Positions 1-12,235 of a stretch of DNA of 64,000 bases are shown here, one piece after another. The position numbers and the translations under genes are program-made. The stretch comes from Hormiphora californensis. Its lineage: Eukaryota > Animalia > Ctenophora. The DNA lies in assembly GCA_020137815.1 (NCBI GenBank), contig CM035355.1, forward strand, positions 5,456,001 to 5,520,000. Direction: 5' to 3'. The first letter of the stretch is position 1, and each line of letters starts with the position of its first letter. Under the pieces are notes generated by a model, which ran no database searches, was not told the origin of the DNA, and saw only the letters and a list, made by a program, of their open reading frames with translations.

Positions 1-1018
1 ATTATTGTTATATCCAACTACCATTTGGCACGTGACATGATCACGACGTGATAGTGTATCATAGTGTCAGCAGTGGAACGCAGCACACATCAAGTTCATT
101 CAGAAATGGTCGTAGATCAAAAACTTTGACAGATTCGGAATCAGCGTTAAAAAACGCATCTAGTAAGATAAGAGGAGGTACAACAAATTAATTTTAAAAT
201 CCAACACCCTAACGATTAGATTCATGTGGCACTTGTTGCCCTTCCCTCTCGTAATCATGCTGTGTCGTTCATAAAACCAGTCCAATACAGAAGCGTACCT
301 TCATTTAACTTGATTGTGCTTTTACTGAAACAGTACAGGTGCTGGGACTCCTGGCACCTCCAGTGGGAGATGAACAGAGCGAGAGAGAGAGAGAGTGAGA
401 GAGAGAGAGATAGATAGAGATAGAGGGGGAGAGACATGCATGATTGTGGTGAGGAATCCAAATTAAAAGTTCAAGGTTCCATCCTAATTAAAGAAGCTAA
501 TTCATGTTGCACGTTTTGCCGGAAATGTGGTCCACAACACGACATAGTATGTACATCCTATTCCTAATTAAGAAGAGTAGAAGGACAATTCCACCGTGAT
601 GGGTGCATAGAAAACATATGTAATTAATCAAACTTCTATTTCCCTTCTATCTTCCCTGCCAGTGTGTGTCCCACTCGTTTTACCGTTCTATATTTACATG
701 GGAATTATATGAACTCTTTTTATATGAACTCCCATGGTTTGATCTACCAGCTCACAGAGCGTGGTAAATGTAACATAGTGAACTCCCTGTAGTGTGCTAT
801 CCATTGTTCACATTTCAGCTACCCTGTCATAGAATTCAAACACTTACCAGCCATAATACTCTTGGTCTTCATAAACTATTGTTTCGTAAAGTTTACAGTT
901 TAAGTTATCCCCGTTTATAAACGGGGCCGGTAACTTAACTGATCTATTATAACCGTTCTTATAGTTGTACAAGGAGGAACATTCTAGAGTTGTTGAGTAA
1001 TTCTAGAGCCCTCTCTGT

Positions 1019-1059
1019 TTGTTGAGTAAGGGGGAAGACTCTTCCCCCTTACTCAACAA
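1019..1059. mobile_element. 41-bp perfect hairpin with 8-bp target-site duplication (minimal MITE)
   Basis: TTGTTGAGTAAGGGGGAAGA-C-TCTTCCCCCTTACTCAACAA, flanked by direct repeat CTCTCTGT at 1011-1018 and 1060-1067. Confidence 0.7.
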
Positions 1060-2358
1060 CTCTCTGTAGAACTAGATGACGGCCAATTGATCTCGTCAGG
1101 AGTTTTTGCCAATATGTGATGATATGAGACCAGCCTAGCATCTTAACTTCGGCCGCGTCTAATCTAATCTACAAGAACGATTGACGATCTCCCCCTTTCT
1201 CTCTCTCTGACTTCCTCTCTCTCTCCCCTATCTATCGGCAGTCAGAACAAGAAAGGATATGATAGTACCATCGGATAGAGTCAGAGTTTCGGATGTTGTT
1301 GTAATCGAGTCAATGTGCACCCTCTCTCGCTAGATCGGGATCTCTATCTAGCTATCTCTCTCTCTCGCCCTCACTCTGCGCGCTATCTCTCTCTTACTCT
1401 CTCACTACTCTCTCGATATCGCTCTCTCTCTCTCTCTCTCTCTTGTCGCTCCCGCCCCTTATCTATATTCATTCCGTACAGCTCGGCTCAAAACAATTAT
1501 TATCATGAATCGGTTCTTCTTGTTCAAAAGTGGTAGTCGCTCCTATCAGAGAGGCAGTATATACAGGTGAGTTGTTGTTGTTGAGTAAGGCCATGTATGG
1601 CGTTGTCAGACCCCGTGTTGAATCTCGAGTGCGCTCAGATCGGGGTAGGTTCTACCGACGTGGGCGGACTGGTACTGCGGGCGTCTCATCCGGGCCCCCG
1701 TAATCCGCTGCCTTAACCTCACCTTCGTTCATTATTTATCTGTTTTAATGGATGTTCTGAAGAACTAGAATTGATCCTATATCGTGAGGACTGAATCTTT
1801 TAATCATTGCAATGCAAGCTGTGTGTCATAGCTTTCAAGAAATATCCAGTGCTTGGATCCATTGCAACCTATTCTCGCTCCGTATGTGAGATCGATCTCA
1901 CTCAGGTGTCAATGTCACCAAATCCAGTGCCAACCGGCACGCTTCTCCGAATTATTTGACATCCATTGTCTATCGATATCATACTAAGTCTTACCGTAAA
2001 GTAATATATTGGATCTACATGTTCTCATTTTGATCTCTCTTACTCCCCTCTTTCTATCTTTCTCTTTATCTGTATCTCTATCTTTCTCTCTTTCTCTCTT
2101 TCTCTAGAATCTAAATGCTTGATATCACCACCCTTACACCTTAGTTTCAGCCTTGACACATTAATACTCACAGTCCAGGCAGCTATAAGATCTCCGTTAG
2201 CGCTATCATGTCAGCCCCTCATCCCCCCAGGCCCCACTCCCTTCCTACTCCCTCCCCCAACTCTTTTTAGCTTGTTTTCTCCCACAGCTCACTCTCAGTA
2301 TAATAGTGGTGCAGTTAGTTATATGTATTCCTATTGTAATTACTAGATCAAGCTTCAA

Positions 2359-2367
<9 letters not shown>

Positions 2368-2445
<78 letters not shown>
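2368..2445. repeat. (CT)n microsatellite
   Basis: Pure CT run. Similar CT/GA tracts at ~380-435, 1420-1445, 11760-11870, 22608-22740, 37645-37840, 51675-51870 and 63530-63680. Confidence 0.95.
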
Positions 2446-2447
<2 letters not shown>

Positions 2448-3862
2448 CCTCTCTCCCCTCCTTTCTAGCAGGACCATTTCCCCGCCCCTCTTCCATGCGA
2501 TATGATTACCCCGCTGGATTATGATGAAGAAACTAAACAGCAGATTGGGGTTTCCTCTAACAAGGACCCGCCCCATCATCATCATCACGGGAGTGGTGTA
2601 AAGTAAGGACGGCAATTGGGGGTGTTTGGAAAGGGACGTTCTTGGGGTGGTTTCGTGACACGTATGGGGCGTACCCGTCAGCTGGAGCGTAAAGGCGAAA
2701 GTAAACACGTTGTCTTTATTTTGTGAATGTAAAAGTAACGGTAAAGGATTGTTACAGTTCAGTTGACAAGAGAACACACGCTTTGAAAGGTGCTTCGCTC
2801 CGACAAAAAAAAACTCACTCTCAAAACATCCATCCCTCTTCTCTCTCAGATCTCAGAAAACGCGCGCGCGTGTCACCAAAGCGACACACACGCGCGCGCG
2901 CGAAGATGCTGTGCTTTTAATAGAACTCAGCGTCAAAACAAGCACCTTCGCGATAGGACACAGACACAAACACACATTCTCGCACACACAAACAAACAGG
3001 GCTGGCCCAGTTCTGCACCATTCCATCAAGGACAAAAAGCGCCGTTGCCCCGACTCCTTTGAGCCGGTGACACGGGTCCTCGACAGAATAGCCCAGAACT
3101 GTACCATGAGCACGGGACGATGAAAATAAACGAATATCGAGAAAGAGTACACATGACTACAAGATACACTCTACAAGGAGTTTACGTTAACGGTAAAAAT
3201 AATTCATTAAAAATACTGTGTAGAATAATAAAATCGGACCATAGCATACCCGGGTAATAAATTAAGATCATTAAAAGCTTCACATTGTTGTGAATACAAA
3301 CATGTTCATGGTCAGTAATACAACTGTATAAAATATTACATTTGTTTCTTTTTCTGTTTTCTCTTTCTCAGAGAAATTCTCGCTTTAAACAATGATTTCA
3401 CGATGAAGGTAAGGAAGAAAGGTCTCTGAAGTTCCAATTAAAAGGGGGCATTGCTGTCACGTTGCACCATGTTGGCCGATACCGTCCACCCCAGGAACAC
3501 GATGTCAAAGGATGGCGCACAGGTGATGGAAAATTGATGATGAGATCTGTGGATCGGACACGGTCTGTTTTCACTCTTCTCAAGCGAGTTTCTCAGGGGG
3601 TAATCAACCTTCAGCGACAGCCGGTTCCTGACAAAACCATTGATCTCAACCAATAGATCACGGCTTCTCTTCACCTCCTTATCATGTCTCAAGGAAGCAA
3701 AATATCGCATGTTCACACTTCACAATGAACTGTTCACACCGGTATCGCAGATTGGTAGCTGCCATGATATCGTTAGGTAGCACATTTACCCTTGTCATCA
3801 GGTTTCAGTTTGTTTCTGGATCATCAAAACATATCAACAGATAGAGGTCAGTTGTATGGTTG

Positions 3863-4190
3863 CTGTTGTCGAGAACTCTCAACTTGGTGGGGATTATAAA
3901 AATAAATCCAAAAGGATTTTAACGGGTTGTCGAGTACACTCAACTTAGTTGTTAAAATAAAATCGAAATCCAAGAGGATTTGATGGTTGTCGAGTACACT
4001 CAACTTGGTTGGGGTTATAAAAAATAAATCCAAAAGGATTTTAACGGGTTGTCGAGTACCTCAACTTAGTTGTTAAAATAAATCGAAAATCCAAGAGGAT
4101 TTGATGTGGTTGTCGAGTACACTCAACTTGGTTGGGTTTATAAAATAAATCCAAAAGGATTTTAACGGTTTGTCGAGTATTCTAACTTAT
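3863..4190. repeat. Dimeric (~121-bp) tandem repeat of ~60-bp units with a palindromic core
   Basis: Core GTTGTCGAGTACACTCAACTT occurs 6 times (some variant), separated by two alternating AT-rich spacer types (A,B,A,B,A). Confidence 0.9.
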
Positions 4191-4206
4191 TAGTGTAAAA
4201 CACTGT

Positions 4207-7200
4207 TTAAATGTAGAGGGAGATCAGAAGATCTAACTTCCGGAACAGATGAGCCTCAATGTGGAGTCGAAGATGTTCAGGCATAGCAGCAGTCAGTGTG
4301 TGGGAGTGGCGAAATCTCGTGCACTGAGTAGGGACACACTTCATATTCGACACATGACAACTAACCCCTGAATCGGTCAGGTGGTTTGACATGAGCTCGA
4401 GCCTGATTCTCCGGTCATTTCCTCCTGTAACTGGCGGAGAGGTTTGGTCTGGAGAAGGTGTTTCCGCTGTATCATGGTCATCTTCGGGTTGCTCTGGTGA
4501 TGGAGAAGATGTTTCCGCTATCTTTTGATCAGCTTCGGGTTTCTCTGGTGTTGGCACGATTTCAACTGAAGTTTCGTTACATCCAGGTGATCTGCATTTG
4601 CATGTGAACTAGAACTGGCATCATTGGTGGGTTTGATTCGGTTTCCTTCAGTTTCTCGAATTTTCTACACTCTACCGTTTTGCCGTTGCGTGCAAATAAC
4701 TTCAACTTTCCCACACCAATAACCTTGTCTCTACGCTCATCTACTCTGTAGAGGTAGGGGCTGAGCACTTGGCTCACTGGAAAAGGTCACTGAATCTAGG
4801 CCCAATTTACTGGGCACGGGATTTTTACCAACTTGATCTCCAACTGCTAATTCGGGTCATTTAGTCTCTTGTTGAATTGCTTTTGGCCGCTATTAGGTCT
4901 TCATCCACGTTCTGCCTGATTTTGTAACTCAAGTTACGATTTCTCGGTAGCGGTTGTAGACGGACGCTGGAATGCCCATCTGTGGAGTCTTATCCTTTTT
5001 ATCCATGGATCGGCGAAGATGTAACGCATCAGGCATGTTTGGTTCTGTGCCAAATACAATCCTGTGTGCCGTGAGCCTGTTCTTCTGGATCTGGTGTTGT
5101 TTAGCTTGAAACACACTTGGTCAAGATGCAATCCCAATCTTTAGGGTTGGACTCGAACAGGGTCGCTCTGAGAATTCGATCAATCTTTTTGTTGCTATTT
5201 CAGCACGTCCAGTACTGCGGGCTGATAAGGCTTGGCCGGGTGGACTTTTACGTTTAGTTTCGAAGATAATCTTGATTCTTTGCCATTGAAGTTTGATGTG
5301 ATCACAGATTATTTCTCTCGGCCAACCAAATTTCCAGATCCAATGAGCGAGAATTTTCTCACACGCTCTCAACGATGTTTGGGTCTCTGTAGGCACTGCA
5401 ACTAGAAAGTTTGAATAAACGTCTGTATGTTAGGACGTTCTTGTTGCCTCTACGTCGATCCACGGGCTTCTGGAACGATATGACGAGTTACAATAACGGC
5501 GTTGAACTCGTGACACACACAAATGTGGCCATCTCGGCTTGGAAGGTCTGTTGACGCTGTTTGTTTGAGGCACAATTTAACACACTGACCGATGTATAGT
5601 CCGACTTGTTTGGGCTGGGCCGGCCAGTAAAAGTTTCTTCGTAGGTGATCAACTGTTGCACTGACTCGGCGTGACCTGTGTGGAAGTCATGAGCCTGTTG
5701 ATAAGCTCATCTCGCTCCCTTCATAGGTACCACAATCAGCCATTTGGAATCATTGTCTTGAGATCGAGCCATTTTTTTGCAATACCAATCCTCTATCCGG
5801 AGGAGCTGGTACTGTTTCCACAAAGACTCTAGATCAGGTGGGGCCCTGTTGGCTTGTACCCACTTGTCTATTCCCGTCACTCACCCATTTTCTCACTAAC
5901 TTTAGCATGTCATCTTTCTCCTGGACAGTCTCCCATCAGTCCAGGTCTTTCCACTACGGGGATCTGTACACCGCTTTGCTGGTCGACGCGATCCTTCCGG
6001 ATCCTGACGGAAAGTGAGATTCTTGCTCTGCGCCATAAACAATGAATCTCCTGCTCATAGACCAATCTCTTTCTTCTCTTCGTATTTCAGTCATGATTTT
6101 CTGGACAGGTGCTTATTTCTTCACAGCTCACCAAATCGTTGAGTATTTTACAAGGCCTAGAGTTTCTTCAGAGGCCAATACTCTCATGTTGCGGGTGGCT
6201 GTCTTCATCTGATTGGGTGGGTGGCTTGTCTTCATTACTGAAGTATTCATATTCCGTGACGTACGATGCTGCAGGAAACTGAGTGCTCTTTATGAGAAAG
6301 ACTTCGCACTCGCTCACACTGTTAACTCGTATTGTCGACAGAGATATGTCTTCAGAGGAATCTTCAGTAGACATGTACGTTCCTGTATCCACGCTGCTAC
6401 TCGAGCAGTCTTCATGGTTGGACTCTGTGTCTGCTTCGGACTCTGTGGAGTTGTGACGATCCTCAGGTATCTTTCGGATGACATCTTGTTGCATCTCTTC
6501 GTTGGTTTCTATCACATAGATTTACAACCTTGACAACTTTAGTCAATTTCATGGGTCTGAGGTGTCGTTTGTGTTTCGGCTTCGATCTTGGTTGGCGGCA
6601 GGCTGAACCTTGACAACCAATCACAAATCTTGTTTTCCGGGCCACTTAAATGCTGGAGTTTGAAGTTGAACTCGGCTAACTTCATAACTTTCTTGGTTAC
6701 CGCGTTGTCTGGCTTCGTGAACAGGGTACCTTCGGCTTTTAACCAAGGATAAACAGTCTGTTATGACGACAAACTGTTTCACGTTATAAAGATATATGGT
6801 CCAGTGCTGGATTGCTGCGAACAGAGCCTCGAACTCCAGCTTCGTCTGTCCCCGTGTCTCTTGTACCCGGGGAGAGCTCGGCTGTAGTAAGCGACAATCC
6901 TTCGTTCTCTACCACTTCAGGTGTATCCAATTCCTGGGATAGGAGGCGCCTAAACCTTTCTCACTGGCATCTAGTGTGACCTCGTAGGAGCTGTAAGGAT
7001 CTTCTGGATTTGGTATTGCAAGCTGTGTACTTTCCGCGACGAGCTGCTTCAGCTTGGCGTACGCTTCATACACTTTTGGTCCATTTGAACTTGCACTCCT
7101 TTCCCCCGCGTATAGAAGCGAAATTGGCTTACTGATAGAACTGTAGGCGGAATCCACTTTCTCACATAGTTCAGGCACCCATTGCTTGCATGACCTCTTT

Positions 7201-8660
7201 CTTTGATTCAGCTCACGGAGTGCTAGGAGGTCAGCTACACGGTCTTCAGTGATACTTATACCGCCACCGCTGACACGAACTCCAACGAAATCAACTGCAA
7301 TCTCTCATCAGCTGACTTTTGTCGGGTGAAATCTTGAGGTTCGCACCATACAATCTGGACAGAAGCCGTTCCAACCGATCAAGGTGCTGGTCAGCTGTGA
7401 CAGAAGATGTAGGAGGTCGTCCACAAATTGGACAACTTGCTCTATCGGGAGAGATCCGAGCAGACGATTCATCATATCACAGAAAGATGGTCCGGATGAT
7501 CGATGTCCCATCACTGTCTTCGAGAATGCGTACTGGGTGTTCTTATACAAGAAGGCAGTGATCTGTTTCGAGGATTCGTCATAGGGAAGCTGCCAGTTAT
7601 CCTCGGGTAAGGTCAAAAGAGGAGAATATCTTGTCCTGGCCGATTTTTATCCAAGACATGATCAAATGAGCCAATGGGAAGTTTGCGGGCATACACCATC
7701 TTGTTCACGTTTCCTTAGGTCGCACACAAGCCTGTAACGTGAGGCTGCCCTTTAGGTGTTTTCTTTCGTACCAGGAATGTTGGTGAGTTCCAATCTGACC
7801 GTTGCGGAAGGATCTCCACCACATTCGTTTTCACCATCTCATCGATTGTTTTCTGCATCTCCCCTCAAGCTTGTATGGGCAAGGGAATGGAGGGGTCCAC
7901 TGAGGTGTAGCCCCTTCCTTCAAACTTGATCGTAGCTTTGTACATATTGCAGGAACCGAGATCATACTCATCGTATGCAAAACAATCCCTGTGCTCCCAA
8001 ATGATGTCTTGTAGGTCTTGAGCCTGTTGTTTCGTGAGGTTTCTGGATGCAGTTTTTACTTTTAGACGCTCGAATAGCTCTTCCTTTGTCCATTTCTCGA
8101 CTTCCGGTTCCTCAGACTCACGGAGAAATTGGATTCGGTCTTCCCATTCCACTCTAGAATACAGGGTCGTACCCTGGCACTGGGCGAATTTAGCGGCTTT
8201 ATCACCCCTTTGGAGGGTTATCGGCTCCTCGCCTAAAGTTCAAAACTCTCATGGGAATGTCTCCTTCCATAGCTTCGGCGATTGCGTCACCAATGAGTAG
8301 GCATTATTTTTCCGTGACAATCAGTTGAGACAAGACCGATCGTATCACCTAGACAATCTTCCTTCAGGATCCTACGACATACCCCATAGTAATGAGGTGG
8401 TATTGTGGTAGTTTCTTCCCCACCTTATCTGGAGAATCTTCTTGTGCTTCTTGGTCTTGGCAGGAAAGGTACTGGTTCACCATTTGGGATCTTAGTTCAG
8501 CGTTCGTATAGTCCAAGGCGGCTCCTGTGCTACGACAGAACGGGTCACCTAATAGAAATCTGTATCCATTCCTTCGCACACCACGAAGTTGACAAGATAA
8601 TGGTGGCTCCTCCGACTATCATGCACAAGGAGATGGCGCCTCTACAAGGTATCCGTTCCG
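4207..8660 (-). mobile_element. Degenerate, 5'-truncated Ty3/Gypsy LTR-retrotransposon pol region
   Basis: Fragments lie in Gypsy order on the minus strand: protease C-half (FLLGDPFC..ALDY, ~8400-8660), RT (ITAF..YAF..MG, FVDDLL, ~7300-7900), RNase H (VTLDASEKGLGA, ~6650-7180), integrase Zn region (~5520-5700), core (WKFGWPREIICD, 5121-5396), and a Pro/Glu-rich tail (4207-4557). Many frameshifts. No gag or paired LTRs seen. Confidence 0.9.
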
Positions 8661-8917
8661 CGAAATACGACTAACTATTAGTAAATTTCAGAAATTACTT
8701 TTTGTCCAAAGGTTGAGTTGTCGAGCTGTCGAGTTTATATATTAGTTCTTTAGCCTTTCTCTGACTGCTCAAAGTAAAACATTCCTAAAAATTTATGTAC
8801 CTCGAATCTTGTTTTTCTGTCTGTCGGATTGTTTGTTTGTGTGTTTGTCTGTTAATAAGCCATATGTCCTCAAACATTTAGTCTTGAGATTTCCTAACGA
8901 ATTGCTCATATTTTCAG

Positions 8918-8993
8918 AGTATCCTCGAACAAAGAGGAGGCGACTAATGGAGAGGAAGATGGAGCTACACCTACTGCACCTCTCCCGTTAAAA
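8918..8993 (+). other. Isolated putative exon
   Basis: ttttcag| ... |gtaagt flanks, open frame VSSNKEEATNGEEDGATPTAPLPLK. Partner exons not identified. Confidence 0.4.
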
Positions 8994-9114
8994 GTAAGTG
9001 ATTAGAACTGAGATTCTCTGGGGGCCGGGGAGGGGTGGACACTGGACAACCTCTCGAAGGAAAGTGTCAGCTCGATGCCTTTAATAAGGTGATTTAACTA
9101 AAATTTTAGCCTCA

Positions 9115-10060
9115 ACCACAAAAAAATTTGTTACAAAGGATTTCCACCTCAAATGTACTCCTAAGGGTCCCCTCTATCGATTCCAACCAATGTTCATATT
9201 TGTTCAGGGGTACTAAGGCCTCATTTCCGGGTGGGCGTGGTACCTGTATTTTCAGCCTGAGGCCAAAACCATAAGTACCCTTAAAATAGGAGTAGAGATA
9301 AAATCGAGGGCACTAGAGTAATCAGCGTCCTCGCATTAGTGGGGGTATGTGCCGGAATTAAGTCTCTATCTCATCTGGTTAATTAGATAATTGGATAATT
9401 AGTTTTGCGCATAACCGTTTTTTGGCTATATGGCTATAGCCACTTAGGAATGGTTTAGAGACTTTTCATTGGTGCCATTTTGTAGACAAAACGAAGTTAA
9501 AGGGGGTCGACGTCGGACTTTTAAGCTCTATCTTCAACCGTTTAGCCGTTATTTGGCTTTAACGGTGTTCAAAATCGGGGTTTTTACCGTATTTTGCTCA
9601 TTTGGAGAATCTTAAAAGTCAAATAACGGCTAAACGATTGAAGATAGAGCTTAAAAGTTCGACGTCGACCCGCCTTAACTTCGTTTTGCCTACAAAATGG
9701 CACCAATGAAAAGTCTCTAGACCATTCCTAAGTGGATATAGCCATATAGCCAAAAAACGGTTACGCGCAAAACTAATTATCCAATTATCTAATTAACCAG
9801 ATGAGATAGAGACTTAATTCCGGCACCTACCCCCACTAATGCGAGGACGCTGATCACTCTAGTGCCCTCGATTTTATCTCTACTCCTATTTTAAGGGTAC
9901 TTATGGTTTTGGCCTCAGGCTGAAAATACAGGTACCACGCCCACCCGGAAATGAGGCCTTAGCACCCCTGAACAAATATGAACATTGGTTGGAATCGATA
10001 GAGGGGACCCTTAGGAGTACATTTGAGGTGGAAATCCTTTGTAACAAATTTTTTTGTGGT
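9115..10060. mobile_element. Foldback element (~445-bp near-perfect inverted arms)
   Basis: ACCACAAAAAAATTTGTTACAAAGG... at 9115 is the reverse complement of ...CCTTTGTAACAAATTTTTTTGTGGT at 10060. Arms pair inward to a ~50-bp spacer near 9565-9612. Confidence 0.9.
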
Positions 10061-10763
10061 GTTCCTGGCTTATCACCTTACTATGCCACTCTCCTCGCTC
10101 TGAGAGAAGGGGTCAGCGCGATGGAAGGAATGAGAATAAGGCCAGACCAATGCTCTGAAAGCAGGAAAGCTGACAGCTAATCCGTGAAATTTCACCGAAA
10201 TGAACTGCTGAAAGGTCGAATGCTTAGTAAGGCCTCTTCTGAGACAGTGCCAATTCCCCAGAGAACGCCCGGTTAATAATCGTTTTATGGAACACCTTGC
10301 TGTCAGGTAGCAGTCAATAAAAGGATCGATTGGGGTCAAATACTGACAGCTTTGGAGCTCCTAACTCCTTTCTCCCGCGACTTTGTACCTTCAGCACCAG
10401 GGTTATACCTTGGGTACTCCTCTCTTTTCTCTCCCTCCTAGTCCTGCGCTGTACTCTCGCAATGTCACCCCTTCCCGTTATTCCATCGGGGTTATGAACT
10501 TTCATGCAGCGTTCTGCAGTGGTCTCTAGCAATGGTGCACCAAGCCAGTAGTGTACGATTCATCGGGTTTATTACCTATAGCTTTACTTATAGAGAACCT
10601 GTCAATGAAATTGTCCCTAAGGTCCTCCCCCCCTACTTTCTAGCTTCTTATACATCTCGTAGATTTATGTCTTCAGTTTATGATAGAGGCCACTTTAGAT
10701 TTTATAGATCTGCTAGTCCTCCACTTATCCCTCCTTTTGAATCCCCCGCTACATATCATCCAG

Positions 10764-11637
10764 CATGAACCGACCGACACAAGTAACGGGTGACAACTAA
10801 AAATCTGGACAATTTTCTGTGAGCTCTAGCGCCGGCCCCGCTTGAGATACAGCTTCAGGCCAGTGATAGAACGATTTTTCAGACAATTTTGAATCAGAAT
10901 AACACAGCGGGAAAACTAAAAAGTTCATTTTCATTGCGATATCGCATCATTTCCTCTTGACCCACCAAAGCATGTAGTACTTGAAATTTACACACTTTTC
11001 TAGCACCTCTAGCGCCTGTTCTTTTTGAGATACAGCTTTGGGGCAGCGATAGAATGATTTTTCAGACGATTTTGAACGACATTAACTTTGTTTCACACTC
11101 CGATAATCGCAATTCCAGTCACAGAATCATCTGTAACAAACCCTTCAAAGCGTAGTTTACAGGTAATTTGAGAAATCGCCATTTTGACGATCTCTCGAAA
11201 CATTTATGACGTGGAAAACCAACTTCCTGATAAGCTAAAATGTTGAAACTTGGTAGTTATGTTGGTTATGGCATGAACAACCATTATTTCAAATTTGAGA
11301 ATTTTATTTCATCGGGAAGGTCGTTTCTGATCACACGGAAATCCCAAATCTCCGTACACATGCTTTGGTGGGTCAAGAGGAAATGATGCGATAACGCAAT
11401 GAAAATGAACTTTTTAGTTTTTTCCGTTGTGTTATTCTGATTCAAAATTGTCTGAAAAATCGTTCTATCACTAGTCTGAAGCTGTATCTTAAGCGGGGCC
11501 GGCGCTAGAGCTCACAGAAAATTGTCCAGATTTTTAGTTGTCACCCGTTAAACAACCAATCAGAACTCGTTATTTAGGTCACGCGACTGGTTATCAGCCA
11601 ATCAGGGACCAATATTTCCTGATTCGGTCGCTTCCTG
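10764..11637. mobile_element. ~107-bp CAGGAACCGACCGA MITE split by a nested insertion
   Basis: Left part CATGAACCGACCGACACAAGTA and right part AACAACCAATCAGAACTCG...GGTCGCTTCCTG rejoin into the element seen intact at 17061 and 24886. Confidence 0.85.
10786..11548. mobile_element. TA-TSD (Tc1/mariner-type) MITE
   Basis: TA|ACGGGTGACAACTAAAAATCTGG...CCAGATTTTTAGTTGTCACCCGT|TA, with ~190-bp TIRs. Related to 43014-43769. Confidence 0.9.
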
Positions 11638-11786
11638 CCTCCTTTTGAATCCCCCCGCTACATATACCAGCTAGCGAGGTTTTCTACGCACTGAAACAAT
11701 ATCGGCCCCATGGGTTTCTAATAAAGCTAGAGTCTTGACACTTGAGATTACCCAGCAGGGATAGAGAGAAAAAGAGAGGGAGAGAG

Positions 11787-11820
<34 letters not shown>

Positions 11821-12235
11821 ACAGAGCGAAAGAGATAGATAGAGATAGAGGGGGAGAGAGATAGAGACATATCAATGCAATCGTAGGAACCAATTATTAT
11901 ATCTCCCTGATATTGGGCTCCAACGCTTAGATTGTCACATCTCCCTTTTAGTCAGTCTCCAGGTTAGATTGTCACATCTTCATATTTTGATCCCATTTTA
12001 GTTAGAGTCTCTGCAGGCGCCCCCTTTTGGATCGTGCCGACGTGCCGTTCTTTCTTGGCTTCAGTTCTTTATGTTGAAAGCAGTCTGAAAAAGACAACCA
12101 TGTCCATTTGAGTACTGAACCCCTTACTGGACAAGCCTAGTGTAACAAGCCTGTAATCTACGGTGCTGCTTATATTGCTCTCACAGGACTAACTCTCCAC
12201 TTAGTCAACTAGTCAGGACACTCTGTATAATAGAC

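Noticed and set aside
848-872. First coding exon MKTKSIMA|gtaagt on the minus strand
   Set aside because: Plausible but too short, and no downstream exons could be confirmed in the window.
2597-2757. LTR of the Gypsy element (TGT...ACA, minus-strand AATAAA)
   Set aside because: No second copy, no TSD, and no adjacent PPT or PBS, so it cannot be supported.
3863-4190. CRISPR array
   Set aside because: Spacers alternate between two sequences instead of being unique, there are no cas genes, and the context is eukaryotic.
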